Position numbers and translations under genes: made by a program. Source: an uncultured Planctomycetia bacterium (lineage in GTDB: Bacteria > Omnitrophota > Gorgyraeia > Duberdicusellales > 4484-171). From it: DNA of 64,000 nt. Positions 19,958 to 30,571 of the stretch are shown here, in pieces. The stretch's first letter is position 1, and each line of letters begins with the position of its first letter. The DNA lies in contig CAZVQU010000002.1 in assembly GCA_964629655.1 (NCBI GenBank), positions 226,814-290,813 on the forward strand. The letters are read 5' to 3'. The notes under the pieces were generated by a model. That model was not told the DNA's origin. It ran no database searches and saw only the letters and a list, made by a program, of their open reading frames with translations.

Positions 19958-20583
19958 TACAATTCTTGTTTTATTCTCTCAAAGATCTTTTTAATGTCTC
20001 CCCGACCATCAATTTTAACAAGCTTATTTTTATCTTGATAAAACTCTAAAATCTTATTAGCCTCATCAGTAAACACTGACCACCGTCTCTTTATAACCTG
20101 AGGATCATCATCTTCCCTCTGAGTTAACTGACCGCCGCACTTATCGCAGATACCCTCTTGCTTTGAAGGTAAACTTACTAAGTGATAGTTGGCACCGCAG
20201 GATTTACAAACTCTTCTTTTAGAAAGACGATCAACGATTGTCTGCTCATCAATGTCTAGATAAACAACCCTATCAACATCGCTACTCTTTCTAGTTAAAA
20301 TCTCCTCCAATCTCCTAGCTTGATCTAAATTGCGAGGATAACCATCAAGCAGAAAACCGCTGCCATCAATATTCTCCTCGACTACCCGTGAAACTAATTC
20401 ATCGGGCACTAAAGCTCCTTGTTCCATATAGTTCTTTACTTCCTGGCCTAAACTGCTATTCTTTTTAACCTCTCCTCTTAAGATATCACCGAGGGATATC
20501 TTCCTGACACCGAGAAAATCTGCCAACAGCATTGCCTGTGTTCCTTTACCTGAGCCTGGTGAACCAAAAAGAATTACCCTCAT
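19957..20583 (-). CDS. adk: Adenylate kinase (Zn-LID type)
   Basis: GSPGSGKGTQ, LDGYPR, CKSC...CDKC, QREDD. Confidence 0.97.
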   Translation of the reverse strand: MRVILFGSPGSGKGTQAMLLADFLGVRKISLGDILRGEVKKNSSLGQEVKNYMEQGALVPDELVSRVVEENIDGSGFLLDGYPRNLDQARRLEEILTRKSSDVDRVVYLDIDEQTIVDRLSKRRVCKSCGANYHLVSLPSKQEGICDKCGGQLTQREDDDPQVIKRRWSVFTDEANKILEFYQDKNKLVKIDGRGDIKKIFERIKQEL

Positions 20584-21935
20584 TTTCTCCCTTTCAAAGT
20601 GTTACCCTTGATAAAACCATCGTAATGGCGGACAAGAAGCTGTCCTTCAATTTGCTTCATAGTATCTAAAACTACTCCAACCATGATCAAAAGAGTAGTG
20701 CCGCCAAAAAGTGAAGCTAACGCATACGAAGGAACCCTGAAGACATGCATAACAATGTTAGGAAATACAGCAATAAAACCAATGTAAAGAGCACCGATAA
20801 AAACAATCCGCGAAGCTACAAAATCGAGATAAGTTGCTGTAGGCCGACCTGGTCTTATCCCAGGAATAAAACCTCCATATTTCTTTAAATTGCTAGATAT
20901 CTCTAAGGGGTTAAATACCATGGCAGTATAAAAATACATGAAGAACATGATCATAGCAACAAAGACAAGGTTGTACCATAATCCTCTTTGTTGAACTGCA
21001 GCTTGCAAAAAGCTAAGAATGCCTCCCTTCTGAGGGAAAAACATTAATATTGTAGCCGGAAAAGAGATAACACAGCTAGCAAAAATTATGGCAATTACTC
21101 CTGACATATCCAGCTTTATCGGCAAATAAGTGCTCTGACCGCCATAGACACGTCTGCCAACGACTCTCTTCCCATACTGGATAGGAATCCTACGCTGGGC
21201 TTGAGTAAAAAGAACTACCGCCGTAAGCATTGCCAGAAACAAAACTACCAATGCAATTACTATCGGAGTAGCGATTTGCCGTTTAGAAGGGTCAAAAGGC
21301 GAATAAAGAATCCATAGTTGACGTAAGGAGGATGGAATACGAGAAATAATACTAGTAGTAATAATTATCGATATTCCATTACCAATACCTCTTTCCTGAA
21401 TCTGTTCACCTAGCCACATGACAAAGACCGTCCCGCAAGTTAAGGTAAGTATAGTAATCAATTTAAACATTAACCCCGGGGTAGGAACAATTACAATCCC
21501 ATCAAAATTTGCCGGGTTCTCCAGCCATAAAGATAAAAACAATCCCTGAACTGAGCATAAAATAAAGGTGAAGTATCTGGTAAATTGATTTATCCGCTCA
21601 TAGCCGGCTTTGCCCTCTTTAGCAATTCTCTCTAACGCCGGTACAACACCGGTAAGAAGTTGCATGATAATCGATGCTGAAATATAAGGCATAATGCCTA
21701 AAGAAAAAATACTCAAACGCGTTAAGGCACCTCCGGTAAAAAGATTAACCATACCAAAAAGACCCTGGCCTTGAGTTTTGGCAAGTTTATCAAAAAACTG
21801 AGTCAAAGCGAAAGTATCTACTCCGGCAGTAGGAATGAAACAACCGGCACGATAAACAACCAATAAAGACAAGGTTATAAAAATCTTTCGTTTGAGCTCC
21901 TCTACTTTAAATATATTACCTATCGAGTTAAGCAC
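20580..21935 (-). CDS. secY: Preprotein translocase SecY
   Basis: SIFSLGIMPYISASII, WLGEQI, GIGNGIS, FIPGIRPG, GGTTLLI. Confidence 0.98.
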   Translation of the reverse strand: MLNSIGNIFKVEELKRKIFITLSLLVVYRAGCFIPTAGVDTFALTQFFDKLAKTQGQGLFGMVNLFTGGALTRLSIFSLGIMPYISASIIMQLLTGVVPALERIAKEGKAGYERINQFTRYFTFILCSVQGLFLSLWLENPANFDGIVIVPTPGLMFKLITILTLTCGTVFVMWLGEQIQERGIGNGISIIITTSIISRIPSSLRQLWILYSPFDPSKRQIATPIVIALVVLFLAMLTAVVLFTQAQRRIPIQYGKRVVGRRVYGGQSTYLPIKLDMSGVIAIIFASCVISFPATILMFFPQKGGILSFLQAAVQQRGLWYNLVFVAMIMFFMYFYTAMVFNPLEISSNLKKYGGFIPGIRPGRPTATYLDFVASRIVFIGALYIGFIAVFPNIVMHVFRVPSYALASLFGGTTLLIMVGVVLDTMKQIEGQLLVRHYDGFIKGNTLKGRK

Positions 21936-22378
21936 TCTATACTTCCTCCAGCAGCCTCAATAAGTTTCTTGGTCTTAGCAGAAAACTTATCTACTTTAAC
22001 TACTAATTTTTTTGAAAGCTCGCCATCTATATTTGCTAAAACTTTAACTGGTTTGCTGTCATTCCGTATTAGCTTAAACTTCTTTAATGTTTGTGGATTG
22101 ATCTCTTCGTTTGCCTTTGACTTCTTTTGGATATCTCCTAAACTAACTATCTGGTACTCTACTATTCGCGGAGGCTTAAAACCTCTTTTTGGAAGAGTCC
22201 TGGCTAAGGGAAGATTACCTCCCCTAAAGCCAGCATAAGGTAGTTTCTTACCTGAACGCTGACCAGCACCTTTATGACCTCGACCGGCAGTCTTGCCCGA
22301 TCCGCTACCAGCACCTCGACCTAACCTCTTAGGTTTCTTTACTTTCCTGCCTATTTTTACAATATTAGATAAATCCAT
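21920..22378 (-). CDS. rplO: 50S ribosomal protein L15
   Basis: RLGRGAGSGSGKTAGRGHKG, LPKRGF. Confidence 0.97.
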   Translation of the reverse strand: MDLSNIVKIGRKVKKPKRLGRGAGSGSGKTAGRGHKGAGQRSGKKLPYAGFRGGNLPLARTLPKRGFKPPRIVEYQIVSLGDIQKKSKANEEINPQTLKKFKLIRNDSKPVKVLANIDGELSKKLVVKVDKFSAKTKKLIEAAGGSIECLTR

Positions 22379-22379
22379 T

Positions 22380-22886
22380 TTAATCCTTCGCAGATGCCAA
22401 AGGCTCCTCTCGATCGCCTTTTAAGCTCTTTAAACCTTCAAAGGTAGCTTTAACTACATTCACCGGATTAGTTGTATTCTTTAAGTTTTTAGTTAAGATA
22501 TCCTTTATTCCAGCACACTCGCAGACTGCTCTTACCGGAGAACAGGCAACAACGCCAGTTCCTTGTGCTGCCGGTTTAAGCAAAATACCCGCAGCGCCGA
22601 ACTTCCCAATGACCTGATGCGGTATAGTTGTTCCCTTCTTCTTTATCGGTACTACTAGTTTTCTTGCTTTACCTATCCCTTTTCTTATAGCATCAGCAAC
22701 TTCATTAGCCTTACCTAGAGCAAAGCCAGCTGAAGATACCCCGTCACCTACTACTACTAGAGCGGCAAAACCTAAATTCTTACCACCTTTAGTAACTTTA
22801 GTAGTCCGGTTAATAAAGAGAACTTTCTCAATAAAAGCTCCCTCTTTGCTATCAGCACTATTGTTTCTATTCCTATTGTCTTTCAA
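22380..22886 (-). CDS. rpsE: 30S ribosomal protein S5
   Basis: [32 protein letters not shown]; TTG start. Confidence 0.96.
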   Translation of the reverse strand: MKDNRNRNNSADSKEGAFIEKVLFINRTTKVTKGGKNLGFAALVVVGDGVSSAGFALGKANEVADAIRKGIGKARKLVVPIKKKGTTIPHQVIGKFGAAGILLKPAAQGTGVVACSPVRAVCECAGIKDILTKNLKNTTNPVNVVKATFEGLKSLKGDREEPLASAKD

Positions 22887-23236
22887 AACTTCAATCCTCC
22901 TTCTCTTGCCCCTTCAGCCAATTTCTTTACTCTCCCATGATATTTATAACCACCACGGTCGAAGCTGACAGCCTTAACCCCTAAGCCTTTAGCTTTCTCG
23001 GAAATCATCTTACCGACCTCTTTAGCTGCATCTTGGTTAGTAGGTTTTATCTTCTTCTCTTTAAATTCCTTGCTAAGAGTAGAAGCACTTATTAACACTT
23101 TACCAAGAGAATCGTTGATCACCTGAGCGTAAATATGTTTTTTGCTCCTAAACACCACTAAGCGTGGCTGGCTCTCTACGCCTCTAATTTTACGGGTAAT
23201 ACTCTTATGTCTTCTCTTTCTTCCTATCTGCTTCAT
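22883..23236 (-). CDS. rplR: 50S ribosomal protein L18
   Basis: [28 protein letters not shown]. Confidence 0.97.
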   Translation of the reverse strand: MKQIGRKRRHKSITRKIRGVESQPRLVVFRSKKHIYAQVINDSLGKVLISASTLSKEFKEKKIKPTNQDAAKEVGKMISEKAKGLGVKAVSFDRGGYKYHGRVKKLAEGAREGGLKF

Positions 23237-23772
23237 TTTGCTAATGCTTTTCCTAATTTTTTACGTACTTCCTCTCCTTTATATCTTATGCCTTTACCCT
23301 TGTAAGGCTCGGGAGGATATACTTTCCTTATTTTCGCGGCAAACTCACCAACTTTTTGTTTATCAATCCCGGAAACTTCAATACGAGTTACAGCCGGAGT
23401 TGAAACCTTTAAACCTTGTGGCACGTCCATCTCTACCGGATGAGAAAACCCTACATTTAAAGCAAGCTTCGCTCCTTTCATTTGTGCCTTATAGCCTACA
23501 CCAATTATCTCTAGCTCTTTCTTAAATCCTTCAGTTACACCCTTCACCATATTTCCAATTAAAACCCTGATTGTCCCGTGAAGACTCCTTAACTGCTTGG
23601 AATCATTGCCTCTTGTAACTGTTAAAATATTATCTTTAACCTCTGCCTTAATGCCGGCTGGAATATCGAGGTCTAGCTTACCACCCTTACCTTCAACAAG
23701 GCAAAGACTGCCCTCAAGTTTAACTTTTACATCCTTTGGTAATTCTAGTATTTGTTTTCCTATCCGTGACAT
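23233..23772 (-). CDS. rplF: 50S ribosomal protein L6
   Basis: [28 protein letters not shown]. Confidence 0.98.
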   Translation of the reverse strand: MSRIGKQILELPKDVKVKLEGSLCLVEGKGGKLDLDIPAGIKAEVKDNILTVTRGNDSKQLRSLHGTIRVLIGNMVKGVTEGFKKELEIIGVGYKAQMKGAKLALNVGFSHPVEMDVPQGLKVSTPAVTRIEVSGIDKQKVGEFAAKIRKVYPPEPYKGKGIRYKGEEVRKKLGKALAK

Positions 23773-23778
23773 CTTTTA

Positions 23779-24174
23779 TCACCAAATCATTCCGATAACT
23801 TCGCCGCCAATGCCCTTGGCCTTAGCCTGTCTGTCAGTAAGTATCCCTCCTGAAGTAGAAACCAGGGTCACTCCATATCCACCTAAGGCAATTGGTATAC
23901 CCTTCCTCTTGGTATACACCCTTCTCCCCGGCGAAGAAATCTTTTTTATCTGAGTAATAACACTCTTCTTACCCTCATATTTTAAATAGACCTTTATCTT
24001 CTTAAGCTTCTCTAAGTCGACCTCTTTGAAGTTCTCCAAATACCCTTCTTTCTTTAAAATTTCACAGATCTTCGACAAAGGGTTGGAATAAGGAATATAG
24101 GTATCCTCTTTCTTTGCTCTTAGAGCATTTCTTATTATCGTAAAAGCATCACTAATTAAATCTGTTCTACTCAT
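23779..24174 (-). CDS. rpsH: 30S ribosomal protein S8
   Basis: ILKKEGY, ISSPGRRVY, STSGG, GGEV. Confidence 0.96.
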   Translation of the reverse strand: MSRTDLISDAFTIIRNALRAKKEDTYIPYSNPLSKICEILKKEGYLENFKEVDLEKLKKIKVYLKYEGKKSVITQIKKISSPGRRVYTKRKGIPIALGGYGVTLVSTSGGILTDRQAKAKGIGGEVIGMIW

Positions 24175-24222
24175 TTTATCGCCTTCTCACTTTTTTATTT
24201 TACTCACCTTAAATTAACCAGC

Positions 24223-24417
24223 TTACCAGCTGGCTTTCTTTACCCCGGGAATCAACCCTTGCCAGGCAAGCTGCCGGAAGCAGATTCGACAAAGTTCAAA
24301 ATCCCGAATATAGGCCCTAGGTCTGCCGCAGAGGCGGCATCGGCTCTTGTATCGGGTAGAAAACTTTGGCTTCTTCTTCTCCCTCTTCCATTTTTCAATT
24401 TTAGCTGTAGTCGCCAT
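24223..24417 (-). CDS. rpsN: 30S ribosomal protein S14 (Zn-binding, type Z)
   Basis: Start trimmed to MATTAK (ATG at 24417); CRLCGR...[16 protein letters not shown]. Confidence 0.95.
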   Translation of the reverse strand: MATTAKIEKWKREKKKPKFSTRYKSRCRLCGRPRAYIRDFELCRICFRQLAWQGLIPGVKKASW

Positions 24418-24418
24418 T

Positions 24419-24988
24419 CTACCTCCTAAACGGAAACCCAAACGATTTGAGCAATTCTCTTGCTCCTTCATCATTGGTCGCACTAGTATTAATACATATA
24501 TTCATACCTTGGGTTCTGCCTACCTTATCAAGGTTAATTTCAGGGAATATTCCCTGTTCAGATAATCCAAAGGTATAATTCCCTCTTCCGTCAAAAGACT
24601 TAGAAGAAAACCCTCTGAAGTCGCGGATTCGAGGCATTGCTACTGTAATAAGACGATCTAGAAATTCATACATCATGTTTTTTCGCAGAGTTACGCAACA
24701 ACCTACGGATTGCCCTTGCCTCAGTTTAAAGTTAGATATCGCCTTGCGAGAACGACATATCTTAGCCTTTTGCCCAGTAATCACTCCTAAATCCTCAGCT
24801 GCTTTTTCAATAATCTTGGAATCAGAAACCGCTTCTCCAACTCCCATGTTTACTACAATCTTTATCAAGCGGGGCACAGCAAGATCATTCTTAGAATTAA
24901 GCTTATCCTTTAGCTGAGAAACTATTTGCTCTCTGTAGATTGTAAGCAACCGCGGTATGTATTTCTTTTCTAAATTGGCCTCTGACAT
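24419..24988 (-). CDS. rplE: 50S ribosomal protein L5
   Basis: [34 protein letters not shown]. Confidence 0.97.
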   Translation of the reverse strand: MSEANLEKKYIPRLLTIYREQIVSQLKDKLNSKNDLAVPRLIKIVVNMGVGEAVSDSKIIEKAAEDLGVITGQKAKICRSRKAISNFKLRQGQSVGCCVTLRKNMMYEFLDRLITVAMPRIRDFRGFSSKSFDGRGNYTFGLSEQGIFPEINLDKVGRTQGMNICINTSATNDEGARELLKSFGFPFRR

Positions 24989-25284
24989 TTCCTACAAATC
25001 CTCACTTTGCTCTTGTCGTCGGATATCTTCACACCAAACCTTACCCCTTTGTTACAACTACCACAGAGTAACGCTACGTTAGAAGCATTGATGGTTGCCG
25101 GAACCTCTTTTATTCCCCCGGTCTCACTCTCTGACCGACGACGAACGTGTTTTTTTACTAAATTTACACCCTCTACTACTACTCGCTTAGGCTTAGAGCT
25201 AACCCGCAAAATCTTACCGACTTTCCCCCTGCCTTTACCAGCAATCACTACTACCTTATCGCCTTTCTTGATATCTAAACCCAT
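24970..25284 (-). CDS. rplX: 50S ribosomal protein L24
   Basis: IKKGDKVVVIAGK KOW motif, VEGVN. Confidence 0.96.
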   Translation of the reverse strand: MGLDIKKGDKVVVIAGKGRGKVGKILRVSSKPKRVVVEGVNLVKKHVRRRSESETGGIKEVPATINASNVALLCGSCNKGVRFGVKISDDKSKVRICRKCQRPI

Positions 25285-25288
25285 AAAC

Positions 25289-25654
25289 TTATATTACCTC
25301 CGGAGCCAAAGACAATATCTTACTAAACCTATCTCTAAGCTCCCTTGCCACCGGGCCAAACACCCTAGTTGCCCTGGGATTACCTTGCTTATCAATTATT
25401 ACACAAGCATTCTTATCAAATTTAATTGCTAAACCATCTTTTCTCTTTATTGGATAGCGTGTTCTTACTACTACCGCCCTTATAACCTCACCTTTTTTTA
25501 TCGCAGCATTGGGCGAAGCTACTTTAACACTCCCGGTAATGACATCACCAATATCGGCACGGTCCTTATTCTTCTTGCCGATGACACTGATAAAAGCAAC
25601 CTTTCTTGCTCCGCTATTATCCGCTACATCTAATTTAGTTCTAGTATAAATCAT
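25289..25654 (-). CDS. rplN: 50S ribosomal protein L14
   Basis: [31 protein letters not shown]. Confidence 0.98.
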   Translation of the reverse strand: MIYTRTKLDVADNSGARKVAFISVIGKKNKDRADIGDVITGSVKVASPNAAIKKGEVIRAVVVRTRYPIKRKDGLAIKFDKNACVIIDKQGNPRATRVFGPVARELRDRFSKILSLAPEVI

Positions 25655-25911
25655 TTTGTAATCTCAAGAAGTTTAAAACACTTGTCCTTTGAAATTGGGC
25701 GGCACTCAATTATCTTTACCCGATTACCAATCTTGGCCTGATTATTAACATCATGAGCCTTAAATTTCTTTTTCTTTATTAACGGCCGCTTGTATAATTG
25801 ATGCGAAAACTTCATCTTTACCAAGACCGTAATAGTTTTATCTCTCTTATCAGAAGTAACTAAACCTTCTAAAACTTTACCTTTTTCCACTATCGGCTCC
25901 TTGTTTTTCAT
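25651..25911 (-). CDS. rpsQ: 30S ribosomal protein S17 (exact start uncertain)
   Basis: [25 protein letters not shown]. Confidence 0.93.
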   Translation of the reverse strand: MKNKEPIVEKGKVLEGLVTSDKRDKTITVLVKMKFSHQLYKRPLIKKKKFKAHDVNNQAKIGNRVKIIECRPISKDKCFKLLEITK

Positions 25912-26080
25912 TCAAAACCGTAAAAATACGGGCAATATCCTTCTTGACCACTTTGAAAAGATGCGGTTTCTCTACTCCGCTTCTGCGTTTAAATTGCAAT
26001 TCCATAAGCTGCTTGTTCAAATCATCTAATTTATCTTGCAATTCTTGCTCTGATAATCCACGTAATTCTTCTATCTTCAT
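25877..26080 (-). CDS. rpmC: 50S ribosomal protein L29
   Basis: MKIEELR, KKDIARIFTV; position between rplP and rpsQ. Confidence 0.92.
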   Translation of the reverse strand: MKIEELRGLSEQELQDKLDDLNKQLMELQFKRRSGVEKPHLFKVVKKDIARIFTVLNEKQGADSGKR

Positions 26081-26083
26081 CTC

Positions 26084-26494
26084 TTACCTCTTTCTGGTTA
26101 CAAACATAGTCTTAAAGCCCAACTTATAAGCAATCAGACGAAAAGATGCTCGGGCATAATCTTCAGGAATTCCTCCAAGCTCAAAAAGGACCCTTCCTCT
26201 TCTTATAACCGCTACCCAACCTTCAACCTCACCCTTACCCTTACCCTGACGGGACTCAGCAGGTTTTTTTGTTATTGGCTTATCAGGAAAAATTCTTATC
26301 CACAGCTTGCCACCTCTTCTTAAGCGCCTGGTAAGAATAATTCTTGCGGTTTCAATTTGCGTATTCTTAAGCCAGGCTGCTTCTAAAGCTTTTATTCCAT
26401 ATTCACCAAAAGAAACTTTGGAACCGGCGACGGCAAGCCCTTTGCGCCTTCCACGTTGGGTTTTTCTATATTTTACTCTCTTAGGAATAAGCAT
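26084..26494 (-). CDS. rplP: 50S ribosomal protein L16
   Basis: [25 protein letters not shown]. Confidence 0.97.
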   Translation of the reverse strand: MLIPKRVKYRKTQRGRRKGLAVAGSKVSFGEYGIKALEAAWLKNTQIETARIILTRRLRRGGKLWIRIFPDKPITKKPAESRQGKGKGEVEGWVAVIRRGRVLFELGGIPEDYARASFRLIAYKLGFKTMFVTRKR

Positions 26495-26496
26495 AA

Positions 26497-27165
26497 TTAA
26501 TTTTTTTGGTCTTCTTTAATTAGGTAGTGCCCCAATCTCTTCTCACCTTTATAAATCCATACCTTGATTCCTATTGTTCCGTAAGTAGTCTTGGCGATAT
26601 AGAACCCATAATCTATGTCAGCCCGGAATGTCTGTAAAGGCACTTTGCCATATTTATAAGATTCTTTACGAGCAATCTCTACTCCGCCTAAACGACCTGA
26701 GCACTTTATCTTTATTCCTTCGCCGCCAGAGGAAACTGCTTGCTGTATAGCTTTCTTCATTGCTCGTCTAAAATGTACTCGTCGAATAAGCTGAAAACCA
26801 ATCATCTCAGCAACTAGTTGTGCTTCTAATGCCGGCTCAGTAACTTCTTCTACATCAATAATAATTTCTTTCTTAGCTAATCTACCTAGCTCTGCCTTCA
26901 CCCGCTCAATATCCTGGCCCCGCCTTCCGATGATGACCCCTGGCCGAGAAGTTCTTATCCTAATCCTTATAATATTTAAGGATACCCTCTCTATGACTAT
27001 CGTTGCCACTGAGCCTCTAGAGTAGCTCTTCTTAATATGCTCTCGTATCCGTATATCCTCTTCTAAAAATTCAGCAAACTCTCTCCTTTTGGGGGTAAAC
27101 CAACGTGAGAGCCAATCTTTACCAAATCCGATCCTTAATATATAGGGGTGAACTTTTTGTCCCAT
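26497..27165 (-). CDS. rpsC: 30S ribosomal protein S3
   Basis: [31 protein letters not shown]. Confidence 0.97.
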   Translation of the reverse strand: MGQKVHPYILRIGFGKDWLSRWFTPKRREFAEFLEEDIRIREHIKKSYSRGSVATIVIERVSLNIIRIRIRTSRPGVIIGRRGQDIERVKAELGRLAKKEIIIDVEEVTEPALEAQLVAEMIGFQLIRRVHFRRAMKKAIQQAVSSGGEGIKIKCSGRLGGVEIARKESYKYGKVPLQTFRADIDYGFYIAKTTYGTIGIKVWIYKGEKRLGHYLIKEDQKN

Positions 27166-27169
27166 AAGC

Positions 27170-27529
27170 TTACTTTGCCTTTGCTCCTTTAATTAACTTT
27201 TCTGAGCTTCCCAGCTCTATTAAAATATGCGATGTCCTCTTTCGGATCATCGTTGCCCTACCAAAAGAAGCTGCGCGATACCTCTTTAAAACTGGACCAG
27301 GGTTAGCCACAACCTTAGAGATAAACAACTTGCCCTCTTGATATCCCTTACTCTTAGCATTTGCTAAGGCCGACTTTAATACCTTGTTTAAGTAATAAGC
27401 GCCTCTTTTATTAATTAGCACTAATTTAGCTAGCGCTCCGATTACCTTTGTGTTCTTTATCAAAGTAATAACCGGTCGAACCTTCGTGGGGGAAATTCTA
27501 ATATATTTTGCTTCTGCTCTAGCTACCAT
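27170..27529 (-). CDS. rplV: 50S ribosomal protein L22
   Basis: IRISPTK, SALANA, GRATMIRKRTSHI. Confidence 0.96.
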   Translation of the reverse strand: MVARAEAKYIRISPTKVRPVITLIKNTKVIGALAKLVLINKRGAYYLNKVLKSALANAKSKGYQEGKLFISKVVANPGPVLKRYRAASFGRATMIRKRTSHILIELGSSEKLIKGAKAK

Positions 27530-27547
27530 AATAAACCTTTAACAATC

Positions 27548-27835
27548 TTACTTCTTCTGTATTGCTTTCTTTGCCTTTATGCCACCATGCTGTTTAAATA
27601 TCCTGGTCGGTACGAATTCACCCAAACGATGCCCCACCATACTCTCAGTTACAAAAACCGGAATATGTTTCTTGCCATTATGCACTGCAAAGGTAATCCC
27701 TACGAACTCCGGATCAATCATTGAACTGCGTGACCAAGTTTTTATAGACTTCCGGCTTCCACCTTCTTTGGCTGCTCGAGCCTTCTTCAATAACTTAGGA
27801 TCAATAAAAGGACCTTTCTTCAACGAACGACTCAT
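27548..27835 (-). CDS. rpsS: 30S ribosomal protein S19
   Basis: [29 protein letters not shown]. Confidence 0.98.
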   Translation of the reverse strand: MSRSLKKGPFIDPKLLKKARAAKEGGSRKSIKTWSRSSMIDPEFVGITFAVHNGKKHIPVFVTESMVGHRLGEFVPTRIFKQHGGIKAKKAIQKK

Positions 27836-28686
27836 TTTTTAGATTTCCTTTTTTTAACTCTTCTCTTAATAATATATTTACTGCTTCTGTTTCTAGGATT
27901 CCTAGTTTTTGCACCTTTGGTAGGTTTTCCCCAGGGAGTAACCGGATGAGGATTACCTTGGCCAGCCTTACCCTCGCCACCACCATGGGGATGATCAATC
28001 GGATTCATAGCTACCCCTCTTACCTTAGGGCGCCGACCCAGCCAGCGTATCTTGCCAGCTTTACCATGTCGAAATGAAGCATGCTCAATTAAGCCCATCT
28101 GTCCTATGGTAGCTCGGCAATCTTCTTTTAATAGACGAATCTCACCGGAAGGCATACGTAATTGAGCGAACCCTCTTTCCTTAGCCATAAGTTGGGCTGA
28201 ACTGCCCGCGCTTCTGGCCAAGATGCCGCCCTTTCCTGGGTTTAGCTCTATATTGTGAACTATTGTTCCCATAGGCATATGTTTTAGCTTCATGCAATTG
28301 CCGGGCCTTATATCCACCTGGGTATCAGCTGCACTTATTATCTTATCTCCAACCTTTAGATTGTCCGGCCAGATGATATACCTTAGCTCTACATCAGGAT
28401 ACTTTATTAAAGCAATACGTGCACTCCTGTTAGGATCATACTCGATAGCTATTACCTCACCGAGAATATCATATTTGTCTCTCTTAAAATCTATAATTCG
28501 ATATTTTCTTTTACTTCCGCCGCCACGTCTTCTAACAGTTATCCGGCCGCGATTATTTCTTCCACCACTTTTTTTCAAGCTAGTAGTTAGAGACTTCTCG
28601 GGCTGACTCTTGGTAACTTCGGAAAAATCAGAAATTACCTTAAATCTCTGTGAAGGCGTTACTGGTCTAAACTTTTTTACTCCCAT
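27832..28686 (-). CDS. rplB: 50S ribosomal protein L2
   Basis: [32 protein letters not shown]. Confidence 0.98.
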   Translation of the reverse strand: MGVKKFRPVTPSQRFKVISDFSEVTKSQPEKSLTTSLKKSGGRNNRGRITVRRRGGGSKRKYRIIDFKRDKYDILGEVIAIEYDPNRSARIALIKYPDVELRYIIWPDNLKVGDKIISAADTQVDIRPGNCMKLKHMPMGTIVHNIELNPGKGGILARSAGSSAQLMAKERGFAQLRMPSGEIRLLKEDCRATIGQMGLIEHASFRHGKAGKIRWLGRRPKVRGVAMNPIDHPHGGGEGKAGQGNPHPVTPWGKPTKGAKTRNPRNRSSKYIIKRRVKKRKSKK

Positions 28687-28689
28687 AAC

Positions 28690-28980
28690 TTAAACAATTT
28701 TGATTTCAGATCCTTCTTTTAAAGTGACAATAGCCTTCTTCCAAGAAGCAGTCTTACCAGCTTGGTTGAATCTAAGCCTTTTCATCTTACCTTTAACCGT
28801 TAATACCGAAGTCTTTATCACTTTCACCTTATATATCTTCTCTATAGCCCGTTTTATCTGAACCTTATTGGCATCTTTGCCAACCCTGAAGGCATACTTT
28901 CTGAAAACAGAATCCCGAGCTGACTTTTCAGTAACTAACGGTGACTTAATAATAGAATAAACACTCTTTACGACAGACAC
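28690..28980 (-). CDS. rplW: 50S ribosomal protein L23
   Basis: PLVTEKS, ANKVQIK, WKKAIVTL. Confidence 0.96.
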   Translation of the reverse strand: MSVVKSVYSIIKSPLVTEKSARDSVFRKYAFRVGKDANKVQIKRAIEKIYKVKVIKTSVLTVKGKMKRLRFNQAGKTASWKKAIVTLKEGSEIKIV

Positions 28981-29693
28981 TTTTTAATCCTCACTTCTAC
29001 ATCTCTTAAGGCATTCTTGGTTAAAACTAATCTCTTACAATCAATTATCTCTGTAGCGTGGACATCGCTAGCTTTAGCTAATAACACCTTCTTAATATTG
29101 CCGGTTGCCAACTTAAGATTAGGCTCTAATTTCTCAACCACTACCCTTAACTTTACCCCGTCTAGCTTCAGGCTTTTAACAATCTTAGAAAAATCTTTAG
29201 TTTTATGCGAAGTAACCTTTAAGTCACTAATAATCAGAATCTCTTTATCTCTCAATTTAGCATTAAGCGCACTCTTTAGAGCCATGGTCTTCATCTTCTG
29301 AGGTAAATCTTTATAGTAAGAATGCGGCTTGGGGCCAAAAGTAACTCCGCCGCCGCGCCAAAGAGGAGAACGTATTGAGCCTACCCTTGCCCGCCCAGTA
29401 CCTTTTTGCCGCCAGGGCTTTATTCCACCACCTCTGACATCACCTTTAGTCTTAGTTGAAGCCAGGCCCTTTCTCTGGTTAGCCAGATAGGTTACTACTG
29501 CCTGATGGATAAGAGCTTCGGAAATCTTACCGTCAAAAATGCGTTTCTCCAGCTCTATCTGCTCTACTTCCTTGCCTTGAATATTTAAAACCGGTAAACT
29601 TAGGCTCTTGGGCACCGCAGTAGTCTTGCTCAACGCTTTCTTCTTAACGCTCTTCTTGACTCCTTTCTTCTTGCTGGTTGCTTTAGCTTTCAT
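28968..29693 (-). CDS. rplD: 50S ribosomal protein L4 with Lys-rich N-terminal extension
   Basis: KPWRQKGTGRARVGS, SPLWRGGGVTFGPKP. Confidence 0.96.
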   Translation of the reverse strand: MKAKATSKKKGVKKSVKKKALSKTTAVPKSLSLPVLNIQGKEVEQIELEKRIFDGKISEALIHQAVVTYLANQRKGLASTKTKGDVRGGGIKPWRQKGTGRARVGSIRSPLWRGGGVTFGPKPHSYYKDLPQKMKTMALKSALNAKLRDKEILIISDLKVTSHKTKDFSKIVKSLKLDGVKLRVVVEKLEPNLKLATGNIKKVLLAKASDVHATEIIDCKRLVLTKNALRDVEVRIKKCLS

Positions 29694-29715
29694 TACTACT
29701 TACCTAAATAAATAA

Positions 29716-30474
29716 TTACTTTACCTTTCTTAAATTTACGATTGCACCCCTGGCACCGGGAACATTTCCTTGGATAAAAAGAAGATCCTTCTCTTTATCC
29801 ACCTTCAAAATTTTTAAGTTCTTGGTTGTGCGAAAACTATCACCCATATGCCCAGGCATACCAAGACCTTTAATTATCTTCGAGGGATAAGCTGAGGCTC
29901 CAGCTGAACCTAGGCGCCGGTGCATAGTGTGCCCGTGTGATCCCGGCTGTCCACTCCAACCATGTTTTTTCATTCCGCCGGCAAAACCCTTTCCTTTAGT
30001 CTTAGCTCTCACGTCTACCATTTCTCCAACTTTAAAAATCTCTACACTTATTTGACGAGGATCAGTTGGCTCACCAGCAGACTCTTGTGCCTCTGGCTTA
30101 GCCACCTCAGGACCTTCAGAAGATTTAGCTTCGACACCCTCCTCTTGAGATTGCTGGACTTTGCTCTTTTGATCTTGGGCATCCGAAGGTGTAAATGAAA
30201 AATCAGCACCCTCTTCTACCTCTACCTCTCTAATAAGTTTGTAAGGGCTTACTCCCAATTTATCAAAATAACCCTTTACTGGTTGCTTTACTTTGCCGAT
30301 TTTCTTCTCTTGGATCTTGAAGCAACCAATCTTAGCCTTTGTTTGAGTAGGATACTCTACTTTTTCCAATACATAGACTGGCTCCACCTCTATTAAGGTA
30401 GTAGGTAAAAGGTTACCTTCCTCGTCAAAAACTTGAGTCATTCCGACTTTTTTCCCGTAAATCTCTCTAATCAT
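29716..30474 (-). CDS. rplC: 50S ribosomal protein L3 with internal acidic insertion
   Basis: Start trimmed to MIREIYGKKVGMTQVF (ATG at 30474); KGKGFAG, SHG, MPGHMG, GNVPG. Confidence 0.95.
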   Translation of the reverse strand: MIREIYGKKVGMTQVFDEEGNLLPTTLIEVEPVYVLEKVEYPTQTKAKIGCFKIQEKKIGKVKQPVKGYFDKLGVSPYKLIREVEVEEGADFSFTPSDAQDQKSKVQQSQEEGVEAKSSEGPEVAKPEAQESAGEPTDPRQISVEIFKVGEMVDVRAKTKGKGFAGGMKKHGWSGQPGSHGHTMHRRLGSAGASAYPSKIIKGLGMPGHMGDSFRTTKNLKILKVDKEKDLLFIQGNVPGARGAIVNLRKVK

Positions 30475-30571
30475 TTCTATTCCCAAAGACTTTAACACAG
30501 GCTAATGCCCCAGAAAATACAGATACCCTATCTGTATCCTACTGCGGCGATTATCCTCGAAGCCTCTTAAG

